A stretch of DNA of 64,000 nucleotides from assembly GCA_051531975.1 (NCBI GenBank), contig JAOPTT010000003.1, positions 160,001-224,000 on the forward strand, read 5' to 3'. Source of the stretch: Spirochaetaceae bacterium (GTDB taxonomy: Bacteria; Spirochaetota; Spirochaetia; DSM-2461). Below the pieces are notes generated by a model. That model was not told the origin of the DNA. It saw nothing but the letters and a program-made list of their open reading frames with translations, and made no database searches. Positions 10,235-18,917 of this stretch are shown here, piece after piece. Position 1 is the first letter of the stretch, and each line of letters starts with the position of its first letter. Made by a program: the position numbers and the translations under genes.

Positions 10235-10840
10235 ATGACTACATTTATATCAGCCTTTCTATTAGGTCTATCTTTAATATTAGCAATTGGTGCTCAAAAT
10301 GCTTTTGTTCTAAAACAAGGACTAAAAAAACAGTATGTTTTTATGGTTAGCTTTATATGTGCAGCTTCTGATGCTGTATTAATTACCCTTGGTGTTTCTG
10401 GTTTTGGAGTTATTATCAATAAGTTTCCATTGGTAATAACCTTCGCTAAATATGGTGGTTTCTTGTTTTTAACTATTTATGCAGGTAGGAGTATATATTC
10501 TGCATTTAAAAAGTCAGAGGTAATGGGGACAGATAACAGTATAAAAACATCTAGGTTAAAGACAGCATTAATTTGTCTTGCACTAACTTGGCTTAACCCC
10601 CATGTATATCTAGACACTGTACTACTATTAGGTTCTATATCGACTCAGTTCCCAGGCCAAAAACTCCAGTTTGTTAGTGGGGCAGTAGCAGCCTCGTTTG
10701 TTTTTTTCTTCTCATTAGGTTATGGATCTAGGTTTTTGACACCTCTATTTAAAAAACCTAATGCATGGAAGATATTAGATTTAATTATTGGTCTGGTTAT
10801 GTTATCTATAGCAGTTAAATTATTAATAATGAAACAATAG
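10235..10840 (+). CDS. argO: LysE/ArgO amino acid exporter
   Basis: LILAIGAQNAFVLKQG, TWLNPHVYLDT. Confidence 0.9.
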   Translation: MTTFISAFLLGLSLILAIGAQNAFVLKQGLKKQYVFMVSFICAASDAVLITLGVSGFGVIINKFPLVITFAKYGGFLFLTIYAGRSIYSAFKKSEVMGTDNSIKTSRLKTALICLALTWLNPHVYLDTVLLLGSISTQFPGQKLQFVSGAVAASFVFFFSLGYGSRFLTPLFKKPNAWKILDLIIGLVMLSIAVKLLIMKQ

Positions 10841-10849
10841 GTGAATTAA

Positions 10850-11587
10850 ATGAATGATTGTATAGAACTTATTAAAAAGTCATCAAAGATACTAATATTT
10901 ACAGGTGCTGGAATTAGTACAAATTGTGGAATCCCTGATTTCAGGAGTTCTAATGGTTTATACTCCTTTGCTAAACAGAAGTATGGTGTCCCCTACCCTG
11001 AAGCAGTTTTTGATATAGATTTTTTTGATCAGAGTCCTAAACCATTCTCTTTATTAAGTGCAGATCTTTTAGGGAAAAATATTAAACCATCAGCTAGCCA
11101 TAACTTCATTAAAAAACTGGAAGATTTAGGTAAACTAGAAATTGTAGTTACTCAAAATATAGATATGTTACATGAAAAGTGTGGAAATAAAAGAGTACTT
11201 TCCTGTCATGGTACTTACACAACTGGACATTGCAGAAAATGTATAAAAGAGTACGGTTATGACTTCTTTATTAAATATTTATTACTTGGTGAAGTTTGTT
11301 ATTGTGATTGTGGAGGTGTGGTTAAACCAGATATTACATTCTTTGGTGAATCACTACCAGCAGAATTTTACCAATTTGTAGAGAATCCTCCAGTGGTTGA
11401 TCTGGTAATTGTAATGGGGACAAGTCTAGAAGTTCAACCAGCTAACCAAGTTCCACTAATGTATAAAGGTAAAGTTCCATTAATAATAGTGAACAGAGAC
11501 AATACACAATTTGATAGCTATTTTGACTATAAACTTAATATGGACTGCGATGACTTCTCTAATATGGTTATGAAAGAGATCATCTAG
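10850..11587 (+). CDS. Sir2-family NAD-dependent protein deacylase
   Basis: GAGISTNCGIPDFRS, TQNID, HG, CxxC..CxC zinc site, KPDITFFGE, GTSLEVQP. Confidence 0.95.
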   Translation: MNDCIELIKKSSKILIFTGAGISTNCGIPDFRSSNGLYSFAKQKYGVPYPEAVFDIDFFDQSPKPFSLLSADLLGKNIKPSASHNFIKKLEDLGKLEIVVTQNIDMLHEKCGNKRVLSCHGTYTTGHCRKCIKEYGYDFFIKYLLLGEVCYCDCGGVVKPDITFFGESLPAEFYQFVENPPVVDLVIVMGTSLEVQPANQVPLMYKGKVPLIIVNRDNTQFDSYFDYKLNMDCDDFSNMVMKEII

Positions 11588-11676
11588 CAATATAAATATA
11601 GATTATTGATACAAAGTTAAGTAATTGATAAGAAATTATTAATAATTAAAAGAATTATAGATGCTACACTACTTAC

Positions 11677-12444
11677 ATGATAACGATGATATATTTTAGT
11701 CCAACTGGTAATGTTAAATACATTACAAATAAGCTAGCAGAGAAGCTAGGTAAAAATGATACAAAGATATTACCACTAGAGTTCACAGAACCTACTGAAT
11801 TAGAATCTGCTGAAAAACTTATTATATTGTACTCAATTCATGCATTTAATCCGCCTAGGACAGTGAGACGGTTTGTTAAGAATTTACCCTCAAATTTATA
11901 TAACAGTGTAGATATAATTGCTGTGGGTTGTGCTGAATCATGGATTAACGATGCCGCATCAGCTGACATAAAAAAAGTATTAGAATCAAAAGGTTATACT
12001 GTTAATTTAACAGAAACCCTAGCAATGCCTCTAACACTAATCATGAATTTTCCTGAAAATGTAGGGAAAGAGACAGTAAAAAATGCTGAAAACAGATTAG
12101 AAGGTTTGGCAAAGTCTATATTAAACTCGGTCAAAACAGATAAGAAGATCGCCTTAAAGTCCAAACTACTACATGTTGTAGGAAAAGCTGAAGACCCAGC
12201 TGCCAGAATGTTTGGATTAGAACTTTTCGCAAATTCAAAGTGTACATCCTGTGGCATATGTGTAAATAATTGCCCTGAGAAAAATATAGTATTTAACAAG
12301 AAGCAAATTCCAAAGTTTAAATCTAACTGCTTAATGTGTCTAAGATGTATTTACGAATGTCCTGTACAAGCGATTAAACCACGTTTTTCTAGATTCATAC
12401 CGATAAAAAACAGTTACAAATTGTCCAACTTTACAGAAGTATAA
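11677..12444 (+). CDS. EFR1-type flavodoxin + ferredoxin fusion (paralogue 3)
   Basis: YFSPTGN, HAFNPP, CTSCGICVNNCP, CLMCLRCIYECP. Confidence 0.87.
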   Translation: MITMIYFSPTGNVKYITNKLAEKLGKNDTKILPLEFTEPTELESAEKLIILYSIHAFNPPRTVRRFVKNLPSNLYNSVDIIAVGCAESWINDAASADIKKVLESKGYTVNLTETLAMPLTLIMNFPENVGKETVKNAENRLEGLAKSILNSVKTDKKIALKSKLLHVVGKAEDPAARMFGLELFANSKCTSCGICVNNCPEKNIVFNKKQIPKFKSNCLMCLRCIYECPVQAIKPRFSRFIPIKNSYKLSNFTEV

Positions 12445-12446
12445 TA

Positions 12447-12479
12447 TTATATATTCCCCTTAATATAAGGGATATATAA
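12447..12479. terminator. Hairpin between convergent genes
   Basis: TTATATATTCCCCTT-AATAT-AAGGGATATATAA imperfect stem. Confidence 0.5.
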
Positions 12480-12494
12480 GGTATAGCTACTGTT

Positions 12495-13466
12495 TTAAAT
12501 TGAGTTCCTAAGAATCAAGCTAGGTTTTATTATCTTCTGAATAACAGATTTTTTCTTTGCATAGTTTGCGGCTTCTTGGCCCATCTGTGCAAAGTTAGTA
12601 GATATCGCTGTAAGACCACCAGAGATAAACTGATTAATAGGATTATCATTATAGGAAATTAAGCCAATATCTCTACCTAAAACCCAGTTATTAGATTTAG
12701 ATACTTTAAGAATGGTTAATAGTTCAAGGTCAGACAGTACAATGTAAGATCTATTTTTAACTACATCAGTTGGTTTTAAATCGTTAATAATAGAATATGT
12801 TAGATTAAAATCAGTAGAGAACTGAATAAATGACTGCTCTGTTTTTTGTGGATGTGGATTTTTATTAGAGTAAACATAGGATATGGAATTGTACTTTTTT
12901 ATCTTCTCTATTGTTGATTCTAAACCGCTATAGAAACCATTAGAGAAATCCTGACAGATATAGGAGTATTTAGGGGAGATATATTCGTCCCGGTCTAATA
13001 ACATTACATATTCATCTTCTAGAATATCTAATAAACCAGGCACATCTGGGTGAAGAAATGGTTTTATTACAAAACTTTGATACTTTCCTCTATTCTCTGA
13101 AATTAGAGACTTAAAAACATCAATATTATTATGGTGAAAATATACATCTAAGTTATACTCATCTTTTAATTCGTCTTTAAAAGAGTTATACAGCACTTCC
13201 ATGTAGGGGTTAAAACTATTTAACATTAAAAAGATTGAGGGTTTATAATCTACTGTCTCCCGAATTAAGAAGAAACCTTTTCCTGGCTTAGACTCTATAA
13301 GCCCCTCGTCTTTTAAAAGTTTATAAGCCTTTACCACAGTCTCTCTAGCAGTGCTAAACTGTTTACAAACTGAGTTAATAGAGGGTAAAGGGTCCCCTAC
13401 TTTTAAGTTCCCCTTAATTACCTCTATTTTTATATGTAAAATAACCTTTTCATATTTTAAAACCAT
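12495..13466 (-). CDS. GntR-family regulator with periplasmic-binding-protein-like effector domain
   Basis: GDPLPSIN..ARETVVKAY..GKGFF; DIGLISYND..LTAISTNF; last gene of the uxu operon. Confidence 0.9.
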   Translation of the reverse strand: MVLKYEKVILHIKIEVIKGNLKVGDPLPSINSVCKQFSTARETVVKAYKLLKDEGLIESKPGKGFFLIRETVDYKPSIFLMLNSFNPYMEVLYNSFKDELKDEYNLDVYFHHNNIDVFKSLISENRGKYQSFVIKPFLHPDVPGLLDILEDEYVMLLDRDEYISPKYSYICQDFSNGFYSGLESTIEKIKKYNSISYVYSNKNPHPQKTEQSFIQFSTDFNLTYSIINDLKPTDVVKNRSYIVLSDLELLTILKVSKSNNWVLGRDIGLISYNDNPINQFISGGLTAISTNFAQMGQEAANYAKKKSVIQKIIKPSLILRNSI

Positions 13467-13469
13467 AAT

Positions 13470-14678
13470 CTACATTAAACTTTTAACAATACCCATTTCA
13501 AGCCCTCTGATTTCAGAAAGACCTCGAATACGACCAATTGCTGTATAACCTGGGTTTTGGGCATCTGGTTTCGATAGATCGTCTAACATTGTATGACCAT
13601 GATCAGGTCTAAATGTAAATCTCCAATCTTTTCGTCCGTTGTCTATCCTTCTTTTTTGCTCTTCTAAAAGATTTTTAACAACATTATACATATCAACAGA
13701 ACCTTCAAGGTGGTTTGCTTCATAAAAGCTGCCATCAGGGTTTCTATTTGTACTTCTTAGATGTACACAGTTAATCCTAGATCCAAATTCTTTTATCATA
13801 GCTGGAAGATCATTATCTTCTCTAGGACTATAAGACCCAGTACAAAAACAGAGACCATTGGCCTGATCATCTACCATATTTAATAGATCTGCAACATCAG
13901 CTGCGCAGGATACAATTCTTGGTAGACCCATTATTGACCATGGTGGATCATCTGGGTGTACAGCCATTCGAACACCAGCTTTAGCTGCTACAGGAACTAT
14001 AGCTTCTAAAAACAGTTTATAATGTTCTTGTAGTTTTTCCTTATTAATATCTCTATATTTAGCCAACATATCTCTTATGTCCTGAATAGTAAAACCAAAT
14101 TTAGTTCCAGGAAATACATCGATTAAAGAACTTTCAAACTCTACCTTTTCAGCTTCTGATAAAGTAGCAATGAACTCTTTAGCTTTAACTAGTTGTTCTT
14201 TAGTATAATCCTGCTCTGCGCCATCTCTTTTTAATAGATAGATCTCAAATGCTGCAAAGTGAACAGGGTCAAAAAACAGACACTCAGCTCCATCAGGCAA
14301 CCTATATTTTAAGTCTGTTCTAACCCAGTCCAAAACTGGCATAAAGTTATATATTACAGTATCAATTCCAGCAATTCCTAAGTTTACTAAGCTCTGTTTA
14401 TAATTAGCTATATACCCTTTATAATTACCAGTTCTTGTTTTAATATCTTCGTGCAGAGGAACAGATTCTACAGCTGCCCATCTTAAACCAGCTTCTTCTA
14501 TTACTCTTTTTCTTTCCATGATATCTTCTAACGGCCATACATCACCATATGGAATCTCGTGGACAGCATTTATAACAGCTGTAGCCCCAGATTGTTTTAT
14601 ATCTGTAAGACTTACACTGTCATTTGGACCATACCATCTCATGGACTCTTCCATTTTAAATTCTTCAAAATTAGTCAT
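13470..14678 (-). CDS. uxuA: Mannonate dehydratase UxuA
   Basis: MRWYGPND, YNFMPVLDWVRT, HPDDPP, RPDHGH; start set at ATG 14678 with RBS GGAGAG. Confidence 0.97.
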   Translation of the reverse strand: MTNFEEFKMEESMRWYGPNDSVSLTDIKQSGATAVINAVHEIPYGDVWPLEDIMERKRVIEEAGLRWAAVESVPLHEDIKTRTGNYKGYIANYKQSLVNLGIAGIDTVIYNFMPVLDWVRTDLKYRLPDGAECLFFDPVHFAAFEIYLLKRDGAEQDYTKEQLVKAKEFIATLSEAEKVEFESSLIDVFPGTKFGFTIQDIRDMLAKYRDINKEKLQEHYKLFLEAIVPVAAKAGVRMAVHPDDPPWSIMGLPRIVSCAADVADLLNMVDDQANGLCFCTGSYSPREDNDLPAMIKEFGSRINCVHLRSTNRNPDGSFYEANHLEGSVDMYNVVKNLLEEQKRRIDNGRKDWRFTFRPDHGHTMLDDLSKPDAQNPGYTAIGRIRGLSEIRGLEMGIVKSLM

Positions 14679-16080
14679 ATAACTCTCCAAAATACTCTAC
14701 AGCATTATTAAAACTTATGTTTTGTACTATTTTTCCTAACATTTCCATGTCATTTGGAAGTTCTCCGTTTTCTACATCGGTTCCAATCAGGTCACAAAGT
14801 ATCCGTCTAAAATATTCATGCCTAGGAAAGGATAAAAAGCTTCTTGAGTCTGTTAACATACCAACAAACCTACTTAAAAGCCCTAAGTTCGATAGAGAAT
14901 TCATCTGGTCTATCATCCCTTTCTTCTGATCTAAAAACCACCAACCGGAACCCATTTGAATCTTCCCTGGGGATGTACCATCTTGGAAGTTTCCAATCAT
15001 AGTTGCTACCATATCGTTATCGGAAGGGTTTATATTGTATAAAATAGTTTTAGCTAGCTGCCCCTCGGTATCAACCATATTTAAGAATTTTCTAAGTGCA
15101 TCACCGTGGTTATTATCAGCAATAGAATCAAACCCTGTATCAGGTCCTAAGCTATTAAACATTCTACTGTTGTTATTTCTAAAAACACCAAAGTGGTACT
15201 GCTGAACCCAACCTCTTCTGTTATTCATTAAAGCTGTTTTGAATAAAAAGGCTGTCTTAAAAATAGCTATTTCAACATCCGTTAAATCTTTCCCATTTGT
15301 AAGTTTAGTAAAAATATCTTCTACTTGGTCATCTTGGTAATCTTCTGCATAAAATGTCTGTATACCATGGTCAGAAAGTCTACATCCATTATCGTGGAAA
15401 TACTGATGTCTAATATCCACAGCTTGGATTAAACTTTCAAAACTATCAATTTTAATTCCAGAACAACTCTCTAATTTAGCTACATAAGTCAGATATACCC
15501 CAGTATCTTCAACAGCCATACCTTTATCTGGTCTGAATGTAGGTAAAACTTTTGTACCTATATCTGATTGTTTTATCTGCTTGTGATACTTTAAATCATC
15601 AATTGGATCGTCAGTAGTACAAACTAAAACAACATTCATCTTTTTTAATAGAGATTGGCACGAGTATTCAGGTGTTTGCAACAATTCTGTACATTTATCA
15701 TAAATTCTCTCTGCACTTTCTGGATTCAGAAGTTCTGTAATACCAAAATATCTTTGTAACTCTAAATGTGTCCAATGAAACAGAGGGTTCCTAATAGTCT
15801 GAGGAACAGTTTCTGCCCACTTTAAAAACTTCTCTTTAGCCGTGGCATTTCCTGTACAATACTTCTCTGATATACCATTACTACGCATACCTCTCCATTT
15901 GTAATGGTCGCCTTCTAACCAAGCCTCAGTAATATTTTTAAACCGTCTATCCTCTGCAATATCCTTAGGATTAAGATGGCAGTGATAGTCAAAAACAGGC
16001 ATATCTTTTGCGTAATCGTGATATAATTTCTCTGCTGTTTTGGTTGTTAAGATGAAGTTTTCATCCATAAATTTCTTCAC
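14671..16080 (-). CDS. uxaC: Glucuronate (uronate) isomerase
   Basis: DYHCHL, GDHYKWR, CTTDDP, GSGWWFLD, GMLTDSRSFLSFPRHEYFRR. Confidence 0.97.
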   Translation of the reverse strand: MKKFMDENFILTTKTAEKLYHDYAKDMPVFDYHCHLNPKDIAEDRRFKNITEAWLEGDHYKWRGMRSNGISEKYCTGNATAKEKFLKWAETVPQTIRNPLFHWTHLELQRYFGITELLNPESAERIYDKCTELLQTPEYSCQSLLKKMNVVLVCTTDDPIDDLKYHKQIKQSDIGTKVLPTFRPDKGMAVEDTGVYLTYVAKLESCSGIKIDSFESLIQAVDIRHQYFHDNGCRLSDHGIQTFYAEDYQDDQVEDIFTKLTNGKDLTDVEIAIFKTAFLFKTALMNNRRGWVQQYHFGVFRNNNSRMFNSLGPDTGFDSIADNNHGDALRKFLNMVDTEGQLAKTILYNINPSDNDMVATMIGNFQDGTSPGKIQMGSGWWFLDQKKGMIDQMNSLSNLGLLSRFVGMLTDSRSFLSFPRHEYFRRILCDLIGTDVENGELPNDMEMLGKIVQNISFNNAVEYFGELYD

Positions 16081-16082
16081 GA

Positions 16083-16940
16083 TTAAACTCCAGAATATGC
16101 TGAAAATCCACCATCAACAGGAATAACAGTTCCATTTACAAAACTAGATGCTTTATGATCAACAAGCCATAAAAGTGTTCCAATAAGTTCTTCAGGTTCA
16201 CCAAATCGGCCCATAGGAGTATTAGTTAATATTTTATCTGCTCTTGGAGTAAAACTACCATCACTGTTAGTTAATAAAGATCTGTTTTGATCAGTTAAGA
16301 AAAACCCTGGAGCAATTGCGTTAACTCTAATTCCACATTTTGCCATATGTACTGCTAACCACTGAGTAAAATTACTTACAGCTGCTTTTGCACCACTGTA
16401 CGCTGGTATTTTTGTTAAAGGAGTAAAAGCATTCATTGATGAGATATTTATAATTACTGCTTCATCCTGTTTAACCATAGCCTTAGAAAAAACTTGGGTT
16501 GGAAGAAGTGTTCCAATAAAGTTTAAATTAAATACAAATTCAACACCTTTAGGATCTAGATCAAAAAATGTAGTAAATCCCTCTTTATCTGAATCAACAT
16601 CCTCAGGGGATAAAAATTCATTTGACGTTGTACCTTTAGGATGATTACCACCAGCACCATTAATTAAAATATCACATGGTCCAAACTTTTCTGAGATTAT
16701 TTTCTCTGCATTAAGTAGAGACTCTTTCTCTAAAACATTTGCAGCAACGCCGATGGCTTTACCACCTTCTGCTGTAATTATATCTGCAGCCTCTTTGGCT
16801 TTTTCTTCTCTTAAATCTAATATTGCTACGTTAGCACCACAAGCTGCAAGACTTCTTGCAAAAGATAGTCCTAGGACTCCACCACCACCTGTTATTACTG
16901 CTGTTTTACCATTTAGGTCAACGTTAAAGGGAACTTTCAT
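16083..16940 (-). CDS. uxuB: D-mannonate oxidoreductase (SDR-type UxuB)
   Basis: TGGGGVLG, NGAGGNHP, PLTKIPAYSGAKAAVSNFTQWLAV; adjacent to uxaC-uxuA. Confidence 0.88.
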   Translation of the reverse strand: MKVPFNVDLNGKTAVITGGGGVLGLSFARSLAACGANVAILDLREEKAKEAADIITAEGGKAIGVAANVLEKESLLNAEKIISEKFGPCDILINGAGGNHPKGTTSNEFLSPEDVDSDKEGFTTFFDLDPKGVEFVFNLNFIGTLLPTQVFSKAMVKQDEAVIINISSMNAFTPLTKIPAYSGAKAAVSNFTQWLAVHMAKCGIRVNAIAPGFFLTDQNRSLLTNSDGSFTPRADKILTNTPMGRFGEPEELIGTLLWLVDHKASSFVNGTVIPVDGGFSAYSGV

Positions 16941-16950
16941 TTAATACCTC

Positions 16951-16998
16951 TTATCTATAATTTTACAGTACTGTACTATACCGTACTGTTATAGATAA
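16951..16998. promoter_or_regulatory. Nested inverted repeats upstream of the uxu operon (probable operator)
   Basis: TTATCTATAA...TTATAGATAA outer arms; ACAGTAC...GTACTGT inner arms; TACAGTACTGTA palindrome. Confidence 0.6.
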
Positions 16999-17057
16999 TA
17001 TTCTGCTTTTCCCAATAACGCAAGTCCCTTAATCACAAATAAAGTAATTTATATTAA

Positions 17058-18917
17058 TTATGCTACAGGTGTATCAAACTGACTCTGGTACAGATCTGCA
17101 TAGAGCCCCTTTGTTAACAACAGAGAATCGTGGGTCCCTTGTTCTACAATATCTCCATCTTCCATAACTAAAATAGTATCTGCATTTTTAATAGTTGAGA
17201 GTCTGTGGGCAATAACAAAACTAGTTCTATTCTCCATTAAATTATCCATAGCTTTTTGAATTAACCCTTCAGTTCTTGTATCCACAGAACTTGTTGCTTC
17301 GTCTAAAATTAGTATTTTAGGGTTTGCTAATATTGCCCTGGCAATGGTTAATAACTGCTTTTGCCCCTGGGAGAGGTTACTGCTCTCTTCGTTTAATATC
17401 ATGTTATACCCATCAGGCATTGTTAAAATAAAATGGTGGGCATGGGCTGCTTTAGATGCTTCAAATACCTGTTCATCTGTAGCTTCTGGATTTCCATAGC
17501 GTATGTTTTCTAAAATAGTAGAGTTATATAGCCATGTATCCTGTAATACCATAGCGAAGTTTGATCTTAACTCATTACGAGTGTAATCTTTTATATTGTG
17601 GTTATCGACAATGATACTACCTTCCTGAACGTCGTAAAAACGCATCAATAGTTTAACCATTGTAGTTTTACCAGCACCTGTTGGTCCAACTATAGCTACT
17701 TTTGTTCCAGGTTCTGCAATTGCACTAAAGTTTTTAATTACTGGTTTATTAACATCATATCCAAAGTGTACATTTTTAAACTCTACCCTACCCTCTGGGT
17801 TAAACATTTTTACTGGATTTTTTGTTTCAGAAACCTCTTGTTTCTCATCTAAAAACTCAAATACACGTTCTGCTGCTGCTGCCGTTTGTTGCAGAACATT
17901 AGAAATATTTGCTAGTTGTCCTATAGGTTGGTTAAAACTTCTTACATACTGTATAAATGCTTGAATATCTCCAACAGAAATGGCTCTTTTAACTACCAAA
18001 TACCCACCTAAAATACTGATGATCACATAACCAATATTTCCAATAAACATCATTACTGGCATCATCATTCCTGATAAAAATTGAGATTTCCACGCTGACT
18101 TATATAGACTTTCATTATGGGTTTCAAATGTATTAATACTCGCTTTTTCTCCATTAAAAACCTTCATTACTACGTGACCACCATACATCTCTTCAACGTG
18201 TCCATTGGCATTACCTAAAGAAGCTTGTTGTTCTTTAAAATATTTTTGAGACTGTTTAATTATCTTACTTACAATACTCATAGAAAGAGGTAAAACAAGA
18301 AGAGCTGCTAATGTCATCATCCAATTTATTGAGAACATCATTACCATTACACCTATTACGGTGAATACCGATGTTACTATCTGGGTTAAACTTTGGGACA
18401 GAGTCTGATTAACTGTATCTATATCGTTTGTGATCCTTGATAAAATTTGACCATGATTAGTTTTATCGTAATAAGATAAAGGTATTTTATTAATTTTAGC
18501 TGCAATATCTTTTCTTAATCGGTATGTAATATCTGTTGATACAGATGTCATTACCCAACCCATAACATAGGAAAATAGTGCCGAAATAACATATAAAACT
18601 ACGGTTATTGATAGTACCTTTCCAATAAAAGTAAAATCGATAACTCCCGAACCTTTAAGTTTTCCCATTAACCCTGTAAAAAGAGTTGTAGTAGCTTGCC
18701 CCATTATTTTAGGCCCTATTATCATAGAAACTGTTGATAACATTGCTAAAAAGAATACAAAAATTATTTTGACTTTATATGCTGCCATATAACCAACTAA
18801 TCGACTTATTGTTGCTTTAAAGTTTTTAGCTTTCTCCCCAGACATGTTTCTGCCATGGCCACGACCCATACCCATTCTAGGGCTTTCTGTTTTTTTATTT
18901 TTCATGTTTTGGCTCAT
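17058..18917 (-). CDS. Heterodimeric ABC exporter subunit (TM288/EfrD-like)
   Basis: TMD + GPTGAGKT, degenerate signature LSQGQ, consensus Walker B LILDE, IAHR. Confidence 0.93.
   Translation of the reverse strand: MSQNMKNKKTESPRMGMGRGHGRNMSGEKAKNFKATISRLVGYMAAYKVKIIFVFFLAMLSTVSMIIGPKIMGQATTTLFTGLMGKLKGSGVIDFTFIGKVLSITVVLYVISALFSYVMGWVMTSVSTDITYRLRKDIAAKINKIPLSYYDKTNHGQILSRITNDIDTVNQTLSQSLTQIVTSVFTVIGVMVMMFSINWMMTLAALLVLPLSMSIVSKIIKQSQKYFKEQQASLGNANGHVEEMYGGHVVMKVFNGEKASINTFETHNESLYKSAWKSQFLSGMMMPVMMFIGNIGYVIISILGGYLVVKRAISVGDIQAFIQYVRSFNQPIGQLANISNVLQQTAAAAERVFEFLDEKQEVSETKNPVKMFNPEGRVEFKNVHFGYDVNKPVIKNFSAIAEPGTKVAIVGPTGAGKTTMVKLLMRFYDVQEGSIIVDNHNIKDYTRNELRSNFAMVLQDTWLYNSTILENIRYGNPEATDEQVFEASKAAHAHHFILTMPDGYNMILNEESSNLSQGQKQLLTIARAILANPKILILDEATSSVDTRTEGLIQKAMDNLMENRTSFVIAHRLSTIKNADTILVMEDGDIVEQGTHDSLLLTKGLYADLYQSQFDTPVA

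Noticed and set aside
10850..11587. Sir2 anti-phage effector (Thoeris/DSR/pAgo-associated)
   Set aside because: Standalone 245-aa zinc-containing deacylase with no partner defence genes.
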